64,000 nt of DNA from Alphaproteobacteria bacterium (GCA_963422645.2 CAXXVO010000004.1:384001-448000); one strand, 5' to 3'; counted from the stretch's first letter, positions 45,245-57,761 are shown. The notes: generated by a model from the sequence alone, not told the origin. Program-made: numbers and translations.

Positions 45245-47386
45245 GCGTCTTGCAGTTGTCTACGTTCGCCAGTCGACACCCTTGCAAGTGAACGCGCACC
45301 AGGAATCGCAGCTGCGCCAATACGCGCTTGGCGAGCGTGCCCGGGAGATTGGCTGGCCGGCCGAGCGGATACGGACGATCGACGCCGATCTTGGCGAGAG
45401 CGCAAGCGAGAAGGCGCGCGGCGAGCGTGGCGGCTTTCGGGAGATGTGCGACCTGATCGCCCGGGACCATGTCGGGGGCATCTTCGGGATTGAGGTTTCG
45501 CGGCTCGCCAGGAACACGATGGAATGGTTTCAGCTTCTCGATCTATGTCGCAGGCACGACACGGTTCTGGTTGAGGACTGCCACATCTACTGCCCGAGCC
45601 GGGACGACGACTCCCTTGTCCTGGGGATCAAGGGAACCGTGAGCGCCGCTGAGCTGTCTCTTATTCGCGCCCGGATGGAGGGCGGAAAGCGGAACAAGGC
45701 GCTTCGTGGCGAGTTGTACTCGCGCGTTCCGATCGGATTTGTGCGGGATGGCTCGACTTTGCGGAAGGATCCGGATGCCCGGGTTCAGGCGGCGATTGCA
45801 ACGGTCTTTGCGCGTTTTCGGCAAGCCGGTTCGGCCCGCCAGGCGACGATGCTGCTGCGTGAGGCGGGCGAGGATGTTCCCTCTCGCCGGCACCCGGGGG
45901 CAGCATTGGAATGGGGCCCGGCGCGCTATGAACGGGTGTACCGCATCCTCACCAACCCGGCGATGGGCGGCGCCTATGCCTACGGCTTCAAACGCGGCGT
46001 TGGTCACGGTGCGCCGCTGCGGCCGGTCCAGGAGCGCTGGGATATTCTTCAGCCGGAGAAGCATGAGGGATATGTCAGTTGGGCAGAATGGCTTGAAGTA
46101 CAGGAGCAGCTGGCCCGCAACCACATGGCTCCGGACGGAGCCCGCGGCGCGGCGCGGGAAGGGTCGGCTCTGCTCCAGGGTCTCGCGGTCTGCGGCGGCT
46201 GCGGATTGCCGATGACCGTCTACTACAGCAAGACGGGCTGGGGGTATGAGTGCCGCAAGCGCGATGCTGCGCGCCGGCGCGGCGGTTGTTGGTCGACAGG
46301 CGGCAAGCGCGTTGATGCGGAAGTTGCCCGTCTGTTTCTCGATGCGGTCACGCCGGCGGGGGTGGAGGCGGCCCGGCAGGCGGCTTGTGATGTTGCTGAA
46401 CGCGGCCTGCGCGCGTTGCGCCGTTGGGAGCTGGATCTTGAGCACTGCCGGTACGAGGCGCGGCTTGCCGAGCGGCGCTACAAGCAGGTCGATCCCGACA
46501 ACCGTCTGATTGCGGCAACGCTGGAGCGCGAGTGGGAGAAGGCGCTTCGCGCCGAGAAGGCTGCACAGGAAGCGCTTGAGGCGGCACGGGCGCGTCAGCC
46601 CGCGGCCCCTGCCCCGGCGCGGTTTTCGAGGGTCTCGGCGCGCGCCTGTCGCAGGTCTGGGGGGCGTCGTCGACGACCATGCGCGAGCGCAAGCGCCTGC
46701 TCGCCTGCCTCCTCGACGAGGTGACGATCGAGCTTGCGCGACAGGAGCGTGAGATCATGGCAACATTGCGCTGGCGTGGCGGGCAGATCGACGAGATCAC
46801 TTTGCCGATGCTCGCGGGCTCTCCGACACCCCGGCGCGATGAGCGCAGCACGGTCGAGCTCGTGCGCAAGCTGTCATGCTTTTACAACGACCGGGAGACC
46901 GCGAAGGTTCTCACCCGCCAGGGACGGCGCACAGCACGGGGTCTGGATTTCACGGCCGAGCTTGTTGGCAGCCTGCGTCGCCGCCATGGCATTGCGCCCT
47001 ACCAGCCCGACGGGGACGAGCCGGTGCTCATGGGCGTTGCCGATGTGGCGAAGGAGATCGGAGTCTCGGATGACACCATCTATCGCTGGATCCGCGAGGG
47101 GCTGGTTCCGGTTGCCCAGCCCGATATCGAAGGTGCTCCTCTTCGGATCCGGATGACCCCGACCTTGCGCGAGCGCTTTCGTGAGGCGCCTCCGGAGGGG
47201 TTTGTTCCCCTCGCTGTGGCAATGGATCGTCTGGGTGTCACGCGGCAGACGGTCTGGGAACGGATCAAGGCGGGCAGGCTGGACAGCTGCCATGTGACCC
47301 GCGGCAAGACGCGCGGACTGTATGTGCGTTTGCCGGTCGAGGACGAACTGCCGCTGCTGCGCGGGCTCAACGGTGATGGGGGGTGA
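45204..47386 (+). pseudogene. Large serine recombinase with C-terminal HTH domains, copy 1, 2-bp frameshift near 46620
   Basis: YVRQST catalytic Ser, EVSRLARN, Zn ribbon CGGCG, coiled coil, two HTH; extra GC versus copy 2 (real or sequencing error). Confidence 0.9.
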
Positions 47387-47575
47387 CCATGCCCGGACCG
47401 TCAGGCAAAACGCCCGATGCAGATCCGCACCTCCAACGTGCGATACTGGAAAATCACGTCCGGCACGATGTAAAGGTCGCCGCGGCGGCAACAACGGAAT
47501 CCAAACCGCCTTTTCTATCAATGCGGTAGAAACGCCCGCCCACCTGCACAACGGAGAAGCATTATGAAGCCTTCA

Positions 47576-48005
47576 TCTCGATGAGCACCGGGGTGATGTT
47601 GTAGCGCTCGGTCCAGTCCCCGGGCAGGCGGCAGCGGACGATGGCGAGGATGTGTGAGCCGAGGTTGGGGATCTCGATCCAGGGCAGGATCAGGAACCGC
47701 GGGTTGTCGACCACCAGGGGGAGGTTCTTCTCGCGCTTCTCGGGCGTCCATCCAATGAACCTGTAGCGCGGTGCAAGCCTCCAGGCGGCGGTGGAGAAGC
47801 CGAGCATGGTCAGCGGCCAGCCGTTTCGGTCGTAGACGGCGTAGCGCATCTGGGCGCCGACCAGGGTCTTGAAGCCGAGATAGTGGTAGCGGGCGACGAA
47901 CTCGTTCCACAGCCTGCCGTCGCGGGTCTCGCGCACGACGGGGCGCATCTCCAGCGGGCGGACCTCGGCGAGGGTGGTCGGGGCCGGGAACAACGGCGGT
48001 CTCGT
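47576..48005 (-). pseudogene. Middle part of DUF4338 gene (allele A), 5'-truncated
   Basis: LWNEFVARYHYLG, RFLILPW, NLGSHIL, ERYNITPVLIE ending at the element boundary. Confidence 0.85.
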
Positions 48006-48140
48006 CTTCTCAGAGAGCGCCAAGGCTGAGGTGGCCCGGGAAAATCGGACAGGTCGCTAAGTGTCTGGCCTGGAATGAATTGATTGATTTCAGTGTGTTG
48101 TGATTCACTGTTTGTGTCCAAGCAATCAGCGAGGCACGAC

Positions 48141-48674
48141 ATGTGGACTGAAATCACTCGCCTGAAGTATGAGCGCAAGGGGTTGCGTTATGGAAGCGAC
48201 CTGACGGATGCAGAGTGGGCCGTTCTCAAGCCCTTGCTGCCCCCGGCCCGAGTTCTGGGGCGCCCGCGGACGACGGACCTGCGCGAGGTCGTGAATGCGA
48301 TCCTGTATGTGCTGCGCAGCGTTTGTCCGTGGCGACTGCTGCCGAAGCACTTTCCGCCGCGTTCGACGGTGCAGCGCTATTTCTACGCTTGGCGCGATGA
48401 CGGGCTCTGGCAACGGATCAACCGCACCCTGCTGACGGCGACACGCGTGGCCGAGGGCCGACAGGCCGGCATCATCGACAGCCAATCGGTCAAGACCACC
48501 GAAAGCGGCGGCCCACGGGGCTTCGACGCGGGCAAGAAGGTCAAGGGCCGCAAGCGCCACATCCTGACCGACACCGGCGGCCTGCTGGTCACCGCCCGGG
48601 TCCATGCCGCCGATATCCAGGACGGCGACGGTGCTCCGGCCGTGCTTGCCGGCGTCTGCGACGGCTTCCCCCGG
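48141..48674 (+). pseudogene. IS5-family transposase, truncated
   Basis: YGSDLTDAEW, WRLLP, IIDSQSVK, DAGKKVKGRKRH; cut by an IS21-like end at 48675. Confidence 0.88.
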
Positions 48675-48708
48675 TGTTGATCGGCGTGGAATATTGACCC
48701 CCTATTGG
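48675..48708 (+). repeat. Orphan IS21-like left end
   Basis: TGTTGATCGGCGTGGAATATTGACCCCCTATTGG resembles the IS21 end at 52285. Confidence 0.7.
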
Positions 48709-49378
48709 ACCGGGCCCGCCGACCTGTGCGGGCCCCCAAGAACGCCCACGAACGCGTTCAGCCCGGCGACGTCATGCCCGCCGGCGAGCGCCCGGTCTGC
48801 AACGCCTCCGCAATGTTCCAGGAGGCCCCCCAGGTCCCTCCAGCCCGCCCCGGCCACTATCCGCTCGACATGGCAATCCCGCGCGCCTTCCAGCGCGCCC
48901 TCGTGGCCCTCGCCAACATCTCCGCCTCGATCGCCAACGTCGCGGAGTACACCGTCGCCTTCGATCCCGCCATCGCCGCAGACAACATGCGCCGCGACGC
49001 CGCGGCCGGCCTCGAGAAAGCCGCCGCGCGCTACGACAACCGTACCTCCTGACCGTCGGAGCCATCCATGCACCTGACCGACATCCACATCGACGAAATC
49101 GTCAAGATCGACAATCTCCCATGCAACGCCGTCGGACGCGCCACCTTCTCCAACGCACGCCAGTACCGCCAGCCGAATTCTTCCGGCAGCCCAACGCCAC
49201 AAACGGGCACTGACATGCTGCCGGCTGTTGGAGATCCAGTTCCTGCGCAGGAAGTACGTCAGGGACAACCGCATCAAGCTACGGGACAGCAATACCGGGG
49301 GCCGGATCGGCCCGCTTAAGCCCGACACTCGTGCGGTTCTCGACGGCTTTCGCCGCCAAAAGTACAAGCCTCCGTCCC

Positions 49379-52284
49379 CTAGCGTTCCAAGGCAATGTGA
49401 AATCGCCTCGCGCGGTCCCTGAACGCTTCCTCTCCACCTTCCAGGATGTCGCACACGACCTTGCGGATTTCCGCCTCGTCCAGGCCGCCGCTCCTGTACG
49501 TGATGGCCGGAAGACCCTCCGCCGACTGAGGGCCGACATGTGCGACAATAATCTGGTCCGCATCGGTGTTGACCACAAGGTTCGCGTTATGCGTAACAAT
49601 GATGACCTGCCGCTTCTTCTTGGCCTCCTCGAACAACGGCACCAGCTCGTCGAAAATGGACTTCGGATCGAGATTCTCTTCGGGTTGGTCGATAATCAAC
49701 GGTCGGTCATCGGCATCGTCGAGCGCAAGGTAGAGAAGCACCAGAACTATTCCCCGCGTGCCAGGTGACAGTTTTTGTATCTCGATTCCATCGTACTTGA
49801 TGCCATACTTGAGGGAAATGTGGCTTGTACTGTACAGCCATTGCGCGAAACGCCTCGACCAGGGTCGATATTTCAACCGGTCTGTACGCGGGTACGGGGC
49901 CTTTTCGAGAAGCGCCTCCTGATGCTTCTCCTGAAACGCATTCATGGCCTTGGAAACCGCAGCAGAATCACCCTCCCGCCAAGCGTCCCTCAGCATCCGG
50001 TTCGCTTCCTTCTCAAGTGAGCCTATGCCCTTGAACGGGCCTCCCCTGAGGTCGAACAGCTCATCTTCACCCTGCTTTGCCCACGTACCCACGTCGGCCA
50101 CCCTGGAGACAGAGAACGAGAGCTTCCCCAGCGTACCGCCGGCTTCCCGCAGGCGCCGGATCAGCGGACCGTACAACTCGTTGAGCACGCGCTCTTCCGC
50201 AAGCAGGGCATCGAAGACGCGAACGTAACCGTCCGCCCGCTCCGCAACGAGGCTCCTCGCCCTGTCATGCGCCCTCTTGCAATCTGCGAGCCTTTCTTTC
50301 AGTCCGGCAAGCTCATTTCCTTCTTCGGCGATCCGTTTGGAGACGGCAGCAACCTTGCGCGCGCTTTCCCTGTCCGCTGCGACCAGTTTTTCCATCCTCT
50401 CGATCTCTGCTTCGAGGACGCCGAGCGGGGTCCTCGCAAGATTGGCACCTTTGGGAAGGAACGTCCCGCTGGCATCCACTGCAACAGAAGGCTTCTCCCC
50501 TTTCCATGCCTTCGTGCTCTTCTCCACTTCCTCGGACTTCGCCGCTACGACCCCATCGACATCACCCACGTATTCGAGAAGAAAACGCCCCCACTCGCCC
50601 TCATCGAGAGAAAGATTCCTATAGTTCTCCCTCATGCCCCGCAGCATCTCGGGTGCCCGATTCTGTCTCAGGTCCCTGATTTCGTTCCTGACCCCGACGA
50701 TAGATGCCCTTCGATTGCCGAGCTTCCTTAGGTGGCCGCGTACCCGTTCGGCAGCGGCGATCAGTTCCCGGAGCCGCTCGCCCGTCTTCTTCCCATCTTT
50801 GGGCAACAAGGCCGTGCGATCCTTCTCGTAGCGCGCAATCAGCTTCTCTTTCGCGGCGATCTTCGCCTCCAGCGGTTTGACCTCACGCGTCTTCTCCATC
50901 TCGATGCCGATCTGGTCAGAAATGTTCGCCAGCGCCACCTCTTCCCGGACCCGCGCATCGCGATGGCCTCCCGCCCGCAGTTCAAGGAGCTCGCCGAAGT
51001 CGACCGCGCCGTCGCGTTCGAGTGACGGGTGCGCTTCGAAGATAACCCGCTCGATTTCCGCGATTAGTGTGGGCATGCCCTCTATGGAGCAGAGATCCTC
51101 CACGAATTGCTGCGACAGATACCTAGCACGGGGATAGGCGTCCGCTGAACTATCCACGGGTGCGTCGAGCGGCTGCGCTTGCGAAAGCTCGCCACTCGAC
51201 CATTTCACAACAACACTTGATTCCGACAGATGTTCCCTCGCCCGCGCAAGGAAGGACGGATTCTCCTCCGACTCCATGTACGAGCTGCAACCAGCCGCGA
51301 TCATGTCCACCAGCGCAGTCTTGCCCGATCCCCGCCCACCAATGACCGCCGTCAAGCCCGCATTCAGCTCCACAACGGGTGTCATGACCCACGACGCGTT
51401 TTCGACACGCACCTCGTCGATGATCTGGGAACCCGCCGACCATGACGGCGGGGCCGAACCGACGTACGCACGTTCCGGCACGCGACACGCGTGGCGGAAC
51501 GTATCGAAGGACGCTCGCCCCTTTATCCAGCAATACCGGTCTTCCGCGGGCTTGGCGACGCGCTCCAGACCATGCGCATCGCTGCCCCAAAGACACGGCT
51601 TCGGGCCGCGATATCTCTCCTGAAGTTCGGCCACACTCGCCGCCCCGCTCCCAAGCCAGAAATCCCTCTGCCTCAAACTCGAGGCAAAGATGGCGTGCGC
51701 GGCCTTTTCGATTTCTTCTCGCAGTGTCGTATCGGCCGCATCCCTCACGCCCGAAGTGCCATCCGCGCTTCCGGCGACCGCGATAATGATGTTTTCCTGG
51801 GCCCAGTCGATGCTGCGGTACATGTCGAGCAGATTGTCAAGCGATACCTTGAACTGCGTGACGCCGTGTTTCAGCGCAGCTTCTTCGCTGATATCGCCAC
51901 CGCGCGCGCGCCTCCCCAGCCGCGCCAGCTCGGAGGGTGTACATGCGAACTTGTCGTCAAAAGCGGAGAACCAGAGCCGACCCAGAAATCGGTTCAATTC
52001 GTCCACGTGATTCGGGTCCTCCGGACTGACAAGGAGGTGAATGTTGACAAAATTTCCCTTTACGGTCCCAGTGTTGAGTCGCAGCTCAATATTGGGAAAG
52101 AGCAGGTCGCATTCTTTCAGCCGACCCTTTGCTTTCTCCTCACACATGCGCTCGTAGGATCTCGTGATACAATAATCCGTAATCCCGATCGCCTGCAGCA
52201 CAGGCGACGCCGCTTCGACGGCATCGAGGTACAATTTCCAGCCATTTTCCTTGGGGAAGTTGTCCCCCAACACCGTCCCTGGCG
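49379..52284 (-). pseudogene. PHP-domain plus SMC/ABC-type ATPase (TrlF/Ppl-like), N-terminus removed by IS21
   Basis: IGITDY, NIELR, NIH, GSDAH; GGRGSGKT, LSPG, IIDQPEENLD, VTHNAN; begins abruptly at TPGT against the IS end; codon style differs from core genes. Confidence 0.82.
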
Positions 52285-52403
52285 TGTTGTTAAGCGTGGA
52301 AAAGTGACCCCCTATTGGGGGTGATCGGCGTCCAAAATTGACCCCCTTGGATTTGTGTCCATGAACACACCTCGTCGTTTGGACGGACGGGGTGGTGGGG
52401 GAG

Positions 52404-53918
52404 ATGCTGGTTGTGGAAACGATCGCGAAGATCCGTCGGGATCATCTGGTGAAGGGCGTTCCGATCAAGAAGCTCGCCCGGGATTTGAGGGTTTCCAAGA
52501 ACACGATACGCAAGGTGGTGCGGGGCGATGCGACCTCGCACAGCTACGAGCGCAAGATCCAGCCGATGCCGAAGCTTGGGCTGTGGGTGGAGGAGCTTGA
52601 GCGCCAGCTGAAGGCCAACGAGAAGAAGGCACGCAAGGATCGGCTGTCTCTTCTGCGGATTCATGAAGACCTTGTGTCGCTGGGCTACAAGGGCGGCTAT
52701 GACGCGGTTCGCCGCTATGCCAGGGCCTGGCGGCGCCGGTGGCGGCTGTTGTCGCCGGCGCAGGCCTATGTGCCGCTGATCTTCGATCCCGGCGAGGCCT
52801 ACCAGTTCGACTGGAGCCACGAGTACGCGCGTCTGTCGGGCGCGACGACCAGGGTGAAGGCGGCGCACATGCGGCTGTGCCACAGCCGGATGTATCTGGT
52901 CCAGATCTTTCCCCGCGAGAGCCAGGAGATGGTCTTCGAGGCGCACGAGCGTGCCTTCCGCTTCTTCGGCGGGGTCTGCCGGCGGGGCATCTACGACAAC
53001 ATGAAGACGGCGGTGAGCACGATCTTCGTGGGCAAGAAGCGGGACTACAACCGCCGCTTCCAGGAGCTGTGCTCGCACCATCTGGTGGAGCCTGTGGCGT
53101 GCACGCCAGGGGCTGGCTGGGAGAAGGGGCAGGTCGAGAAGCAGGTGGGTGACCTTCGCGGCCGCCTGTTCGTGCCCATCCCGCGGGGCCGCTCCTACGC
53201 CGAGATCAACGAGTGGCTGATGGATCGGTGCATCGAGGACGCCAAGAAGCATCCGCATCCGACAATCCCGGGCAAGACGGTGTGGCAGGTGTTCGAGGAG
53301 GAGCAGCCCTTCCTGATGGCGTATCGCGGCCCCTTCGACGGCTTCCATGCCAGCGAGGTGTCGGTCTCGAAGACCTGTCTGGTGCGCTTCGACAACAACC
53401 AGTACAGCGTCGCGGCCCGCGCCGTCGGCCGGCCGGTGGACGTGCGGGCCTATGCCGATCGGATCGTCATCCGCCAGGACGGCGAGACCGTTGCCGAGCA
53501 CCCCCGCAGCTTCGGGCGCGGCCGGTTCGTCTACGATCCGTGGCATTACGTGCCGATCCTGACGCGGAAGCCCGGCGCGCTACGCAATGGCGCGCCCTTC
53601 AAGGACTGGCAGTTGCCCAACGCGCTCGGCCGCCTGCGAACCCGGCTCGCGGGCCACGACGACGGCGACCGGCAGTTCGTCAAGGTGCTCGCGGCGGTGC
53701 TGGAGGACGGACTGGAGGCGGTTGAGGCGGCCTGTGCCGAGACGCTCGACTGCGGTGCCTGCAGCGCCGACGTGGTGCTCAACATCCTCGCCCGGCAGCG
53801 CCAGCCGGCACCGCCGGCAATCATCCCGACGCCCGAGGGCCTGCAGCTTCGCCACAAGCCGGTAGCCGACTGTCAGCGCTACGACAGCCTGAGGGAGGCC
53901 GGTCATGGAGCGTCATGA
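52404..53918 (+). CDS. istA: IS21 transposase
   Basis: N-terminal [21 protein letters not shown]. Confidence 0.95.
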   Translation: MLVVETIAKIRRDHLVKGVPIKKLARDLRVSKNTIRKVVRGDATSHSYERKIQPMPKLGLWVEELERQLKANEKKARKDRLSLLRIHEDLVSLGYKGGYDAVRRYARAWRRRWRLLSPAQAYVPLIFDPGEAYQFDWSHEYARLSGATTRVKAAHMRLCHSRMYLVQIFPRESQEMVFEAHERAFRFFGGVCRRGIYDNMKTAVSTIFVGKKRDYNRRFQELCSHHLVEPVACTPGAGWEKGQVEKQVGDLRGRLFVPIPRGRSYAEINEWLMDRCIEDAKKHPHPTIPGKTVWQVFEEEQPFLMAYRGPFDGFHASEVSVSKTCLVRFDNNQYSVAARAVGRPVDVRAYADRIVIRQDGETVAEHPRSFGRGRFVYDPWHYVPILTRKPGALRNGAPFKDWQLPNALGRLRTRLAGHDDGDRQFVKVLAAVLEDGLEAVEAACAETLDCGACSADVVLNILARQRQPAPPAIIPTPEGLQLRHKPVADCQRYDSLREAGHGAS

Positions 53919-54633
53919 TGTGCTGGAGATGATGACCCAGCTGAAGCTCGCAGGTATGCGCGCCGCTTACGACGACATCCTTGCCGACGGGCTCAAGCGC
54001 CGCCATCCGGTGCAACAGATCATCGGTACGCTGCTGCAGGTCGAGATCGCCGACAAGAGGGCCCGCTCGATCAAGTACCAGATGGCCTCCGCCAAGCTGC
54101 CGACGGTCAAGGAGCTGGCCGACTTCGACTTCGCCGCCTCGCCGGTCAACGAGCCCCTGATCCAGGAGCTCGCCGGCGGCGGCTTCCTCGAGGGCAAACG
54201 CAACATCGTGCTGGTCGGCGGCACCGGTACCGGCAAGACCCATCTCGCCGTCGCCATCGCGCGGTCCTGCATCCGCAAGGGCGCGCGCGGCCGGTGCTAC
54301 AACGTCGTCGACCTGGTCAACCTCCTCGAGGCCGAGCTTCGCGCCGGACGCCAGGGCCGCACTGCAGACCAGCTCGTCCGCCGCGACTTCGTCATCCTCG
54401 ACGAGCTCGGCTACCTGCCCTTCGCCCAGGCCGGTGGGCAGCTGCTCTTCCATCTGATGAGCCGGCTCTACGAGCGCACCTCGATCGTCATCACCACAAA
54501 CCTCGCCTTCGGCGAATGGCCATCCGTCTTCGGCGACCCCAAGATGACCACAGCGCTGCTCGATCGCCTCACCCATCATTGCGAGATCATCGAGACCGGC
54601 AACGAGAGCTGGCGCTTCAAGAACCGCTCCTGA
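53905..54633 (+). CDS. istB: IS21 helper ATPase
   Basis: [22 protein letters not shown]. Confidence 0.95.
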   Translation: MERHDVLEMMTQLKLAGMRAAYDDILADGLKRRHPVQQIIGTLLQVEIADKRARSIKYQMASAKLPTVKELADFDFAASPVNEPLIQELAGGGFLEGKRNIVLVGGTGTGKTHLAVAIARSCIRKGARGRCYNVVDLVNLLEAELRAGRQGRTADQLVRRDFVILDELGYLPFAQAGGQLLFHLMSRLYERTSIVITTNLAFGEWPSVFGDPKMTTALLDRLTHHCEIIETGNESWRFKNRS

Positions 54634-54965
54634 CCCGCCGCCGGCCTCCCTTGCGGCCCGGTTGCCCCGGTGGGCCAACAGGGACCCCCCACGCGGCTTC
54701 GCTCCGCGTAGCGCAGGGCGCCACACGAAGCCGCGCGGGTCCCCCCTATTGGCTACCGGGACAACCTCCGCCGTGCCACTCAGGGGGGTCAATTTTGCAC
54801 GCCGATCGGGGGTCAGTATTGAAAGCCGATTGACAGGCTGTTCTGGGCAGCGTGCCGGGAACTCCTTGAATTCTGATACATTTCGGTTGTTTCAGGCGGT
54901 TTTTCGCTGGGTGTCGCGCCCGAGGTCTGATAGTATAATTTGATACCAATTGCACGGTCTCAACC

Positions 54966-57324
54966 ATGCCCAGTACCCTCCCAATGTGCCCTCCAGAGGC
55001 GGTCTCGATCGGCAACAGCTGCTTCGCCGTCCTGATCTCGGACGACACCTTCACCTACTTTTCCAACCTCATTCCCTTTGACAGCCACGCCGCCGATGAC
55101 CGCACGGCCATGCTCTTGCGGATCGGCCGCCTCGCGGCGATCAGCGCGGTCTCGCCGCAGGAACTGGCTGACGCTTTCGCTGTCTCGCGCGCGACGGTGC
55201 AGCGCGCACGACGGCGCTACCTGGCCGAGGGCGAAGCGGGGTTCATGAAGCCCCGGCGCGGTCGCGGGCCGTCGGTGTTCACTCCGGAGTTGGCGGAGAA
55301 GGCGACGGCGTTGCTGGCATCGGGCCTGAGCGGCTCTGCGGCGGCCCGGGTTCTCGGCGTGTCAGCGCCATCGGTCAACAAGTGGCGCCGTCAGGGACTG
55401 ATCGGCAACACGGAGGCGGATGGGGAGCCCGGACGCTCAGCGCTGGCTGCGCCGCCTGACGCGGGTGCGGCTCCTGAAGGCCGTGTCGATGAAGAGAGTA
55501 CCGGTGCCCCGGGGCCGGAGACGGCGCCGGGGCTGGAAGCGCAGCCGCAAACGGATCGCAGCGCGCGCGATCGGCGGGACCGGCAGGCGCCGATGGGGCG
55601 TGCGACTTGCGATGTTCCGGCTCGGGTTCTGGCCAGTTGTGGACAGGCGGGGCCGGTCGAACCGCAGTTCGCCGCCGCCGCCCGCGGTGTCCGCTTCGGC
55701 GGCGTGCTCGCCGCCCTGCCGGCCCTGCTGAAGGAAGGTCTTCTCTCCGAGACCGGTCTCCTGCCATTGCTGCCGAAGGGCTATTACGGCTTGCCTACGA
55801 TCCTGCTCTTCCTGGCCTTCATGACCTTGGCGCGGGTGCGCAACCCCGAGAGCCTGCGCTACCAGGCGCCGGGCGAATGGGGCGCCATTCTCGGCCTCGA
55901 TCGCTGCCCCGAGGTCAAGACGCTGCGCCGCAAGATCGCTCTCATCGCCGACGACGAGGCCGGCGTGCGGGCGTGGCAGCTCGCCCTTGCCAGGCGCTGG
56001 CAAGGCCGACGAGCCGGAGCTCTGGGCGACGCTGGCCATCGACGGGCACGTCAAGGTCTACTCCGGCCGCAAGGGGCGCTTGCCCAAGCACTTCGTCTCG
56101 CGCGAGAAGCTGTGCCTGCCGGCGAGCGCCAGCTACTGGATCAACGCTCTGGGCGGCAAGCCGCTGCTCTGTCTGCACAAGCCGCTGGACCCGAAGATGG
56201 TCGCGGCCATCGAAGCCGACGTGGTGCCGGCGCTGCAGGAGCTTGGGATCGTTGGCGCCGGGGCGCCGGACCTGACCGCCGAGCATCCCGGCCAGCCGGC
56301 GCTCACCCTGGTCTTCGACCGCGAGGGCTGGAGCCCGGATCTGTTCCGCCGGCTGGCGAGGCGCGGCGTCGCCTGCCTGACCTGGCACAAGAACTTCAGG
56401 GGCGAGGACTGGCCGGCCGAGGACTTCGGCGCGATGACCGTTCCCATTCACGGACCGGCGGCGGACGGCAGCGCCACCATGCGGCTGGCTGAGAAGCCGG
56501 TGACGTTGCCGAACGGCTTCAGGGTGCGCCAGATCCGCCGCCTGCTCGACAACGGCCGTCAGGTGCCGCTGATCACCACCGATCCGCACAAGCCGATGGC
56601 TGAGGTTGCGGGCGCCATGTTCTCGCGCTGGTCGCAGGAGAACTTCTTCAAGTACATGCGTGACGAGTTCAATCTCGACGCCCTGCCGACCCACGAGCTC
56701 GAGCCTCTCGATCCCGCCGCCATGGTCGTCAACCCGCTGCGGCGGGCCTATGACAAGGCAATCCATCGCCTCGACCGCCAGCTTGGCCGCCTGCGCAACC
56801 GCATCGCCGACACGGCCCGGAAGAAGCAGCCGACGGCGGAACTCAGGAGGGAAGTCAGGGACCTCCAGGATGTCCGCGACATCGTCAGGGCCAGCCGCAG
56901 GGAGACGCCCAAGCACTGCCGGGCCGGCGACCTCGACGAAGCCGAGCAGCTCGATGCCTTGCCCGCGCGCGAGCGCCTCCTCCTCGACGTCATCCGGATG
57001 ATCGCCTACCGCGCCGAAACCCGCATGATGCTTCCCGTCATGCAGGCGCAGGGCCACAAGCCCCATCCCCGGAAACTGCTTCAAGCGCTGCTCACCGCCG
57101 ATGCCGACATCCTGCCGGATCCTGGCAATGGCCTCCTGCGGGTCCACATTCTTGGCCTCGCAAACGACGCCTGCGACCGTTGGATCGATGCGGTTCTGAG
57201 CGACCTGAACGCCACCGAAACGGTCTTCCCCGGCACCCGTCTGCGCATAGTCTACGACATCGACGGGGCCTCGGAATCCGCGCGGCTCGTGTCACCTAAA
57301 ATCAGCAGAGGTCAGGAAGTCTGA
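54966..57324 (+). mobile_element. Unclassified HTH-DDE putative transposase, frameshift near 56004
   Basis: Two HTH-like segments, IDGHVKVY, VFDREG, RWSQENFFK; ends GQEV*; abuts an IS66 fragment. Confidence 0.72.
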
Positions 57325-57761
57325 ACCTCGCGCGCCGCCTTCAAAAGCATAAGGAGGGCTGCCTGCGCTTCCTCACCGACCTGCGCACGCCGTTCACGAA
57401 TAACGAGGCGGAGCGTGACATCCGTATGAACAAAGTGCATGAGAAGATCTCAGGCGGCTTCCGCTCCCTGCAAGGCGCCTGCAACTTCGCCGGAATGCGC
57501 AGCGTCATCGTCACCGCTCGAAAGCAAGGCTGGAACATCCTGCAAATCCTGGCGCACCCGGAACCGATGCAGCTGATCCCTATACTGCGCTCCTGAACTT
57601 CTCCGGCTCATCCTGAGTATCGCTGTCCTCTCATCTTGTTCGCGACGCGGCGTTCATCATCCTCTCGCGCTCAAGAGAGTAGGCACCCCCGCGGCGTGGG
57701 GGCGTTGACGCAAAAGGAACTGGCTTGTTCCATAAGAGAGAGGGGGTACCTGGGCAGTTAC
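57324..57761 (+). mobile_element. 3' remnant of a second, divergent IS66-family element
   Basis: NLARRL...FTNNEAERDIRM.KV..KISGGFRS (stop 57594-57596); right TIR CCTGGGCAGTTAC ending 57761. Confidence 0.85.

Larger units (their letters stand above)
44761..47577 (+). mobile_element. Large serine recombinase element, copy 1, integrated in a DUF4338 gene
   Basis: Flanks rejoin at a shared TC to restore VLIE-TFVET; no TIR or long TSD; near-identical second copy at 57762-63284. Confidence 0.88.
52285..54835 (+). mobile_element. IS21-family element
   Basis: TG...CA ends with repeated (AAT)TGACCCCC subterminal motifs; istA-istB; no target duplication. Confidence 0.92.

Noticed and set aside
48675-54835. 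Composite IS21 transposon carrying the PHP-ATPase
   Set aside because: No flanking target duplication, and the IS21 truncates the gene rather than carrying it intact
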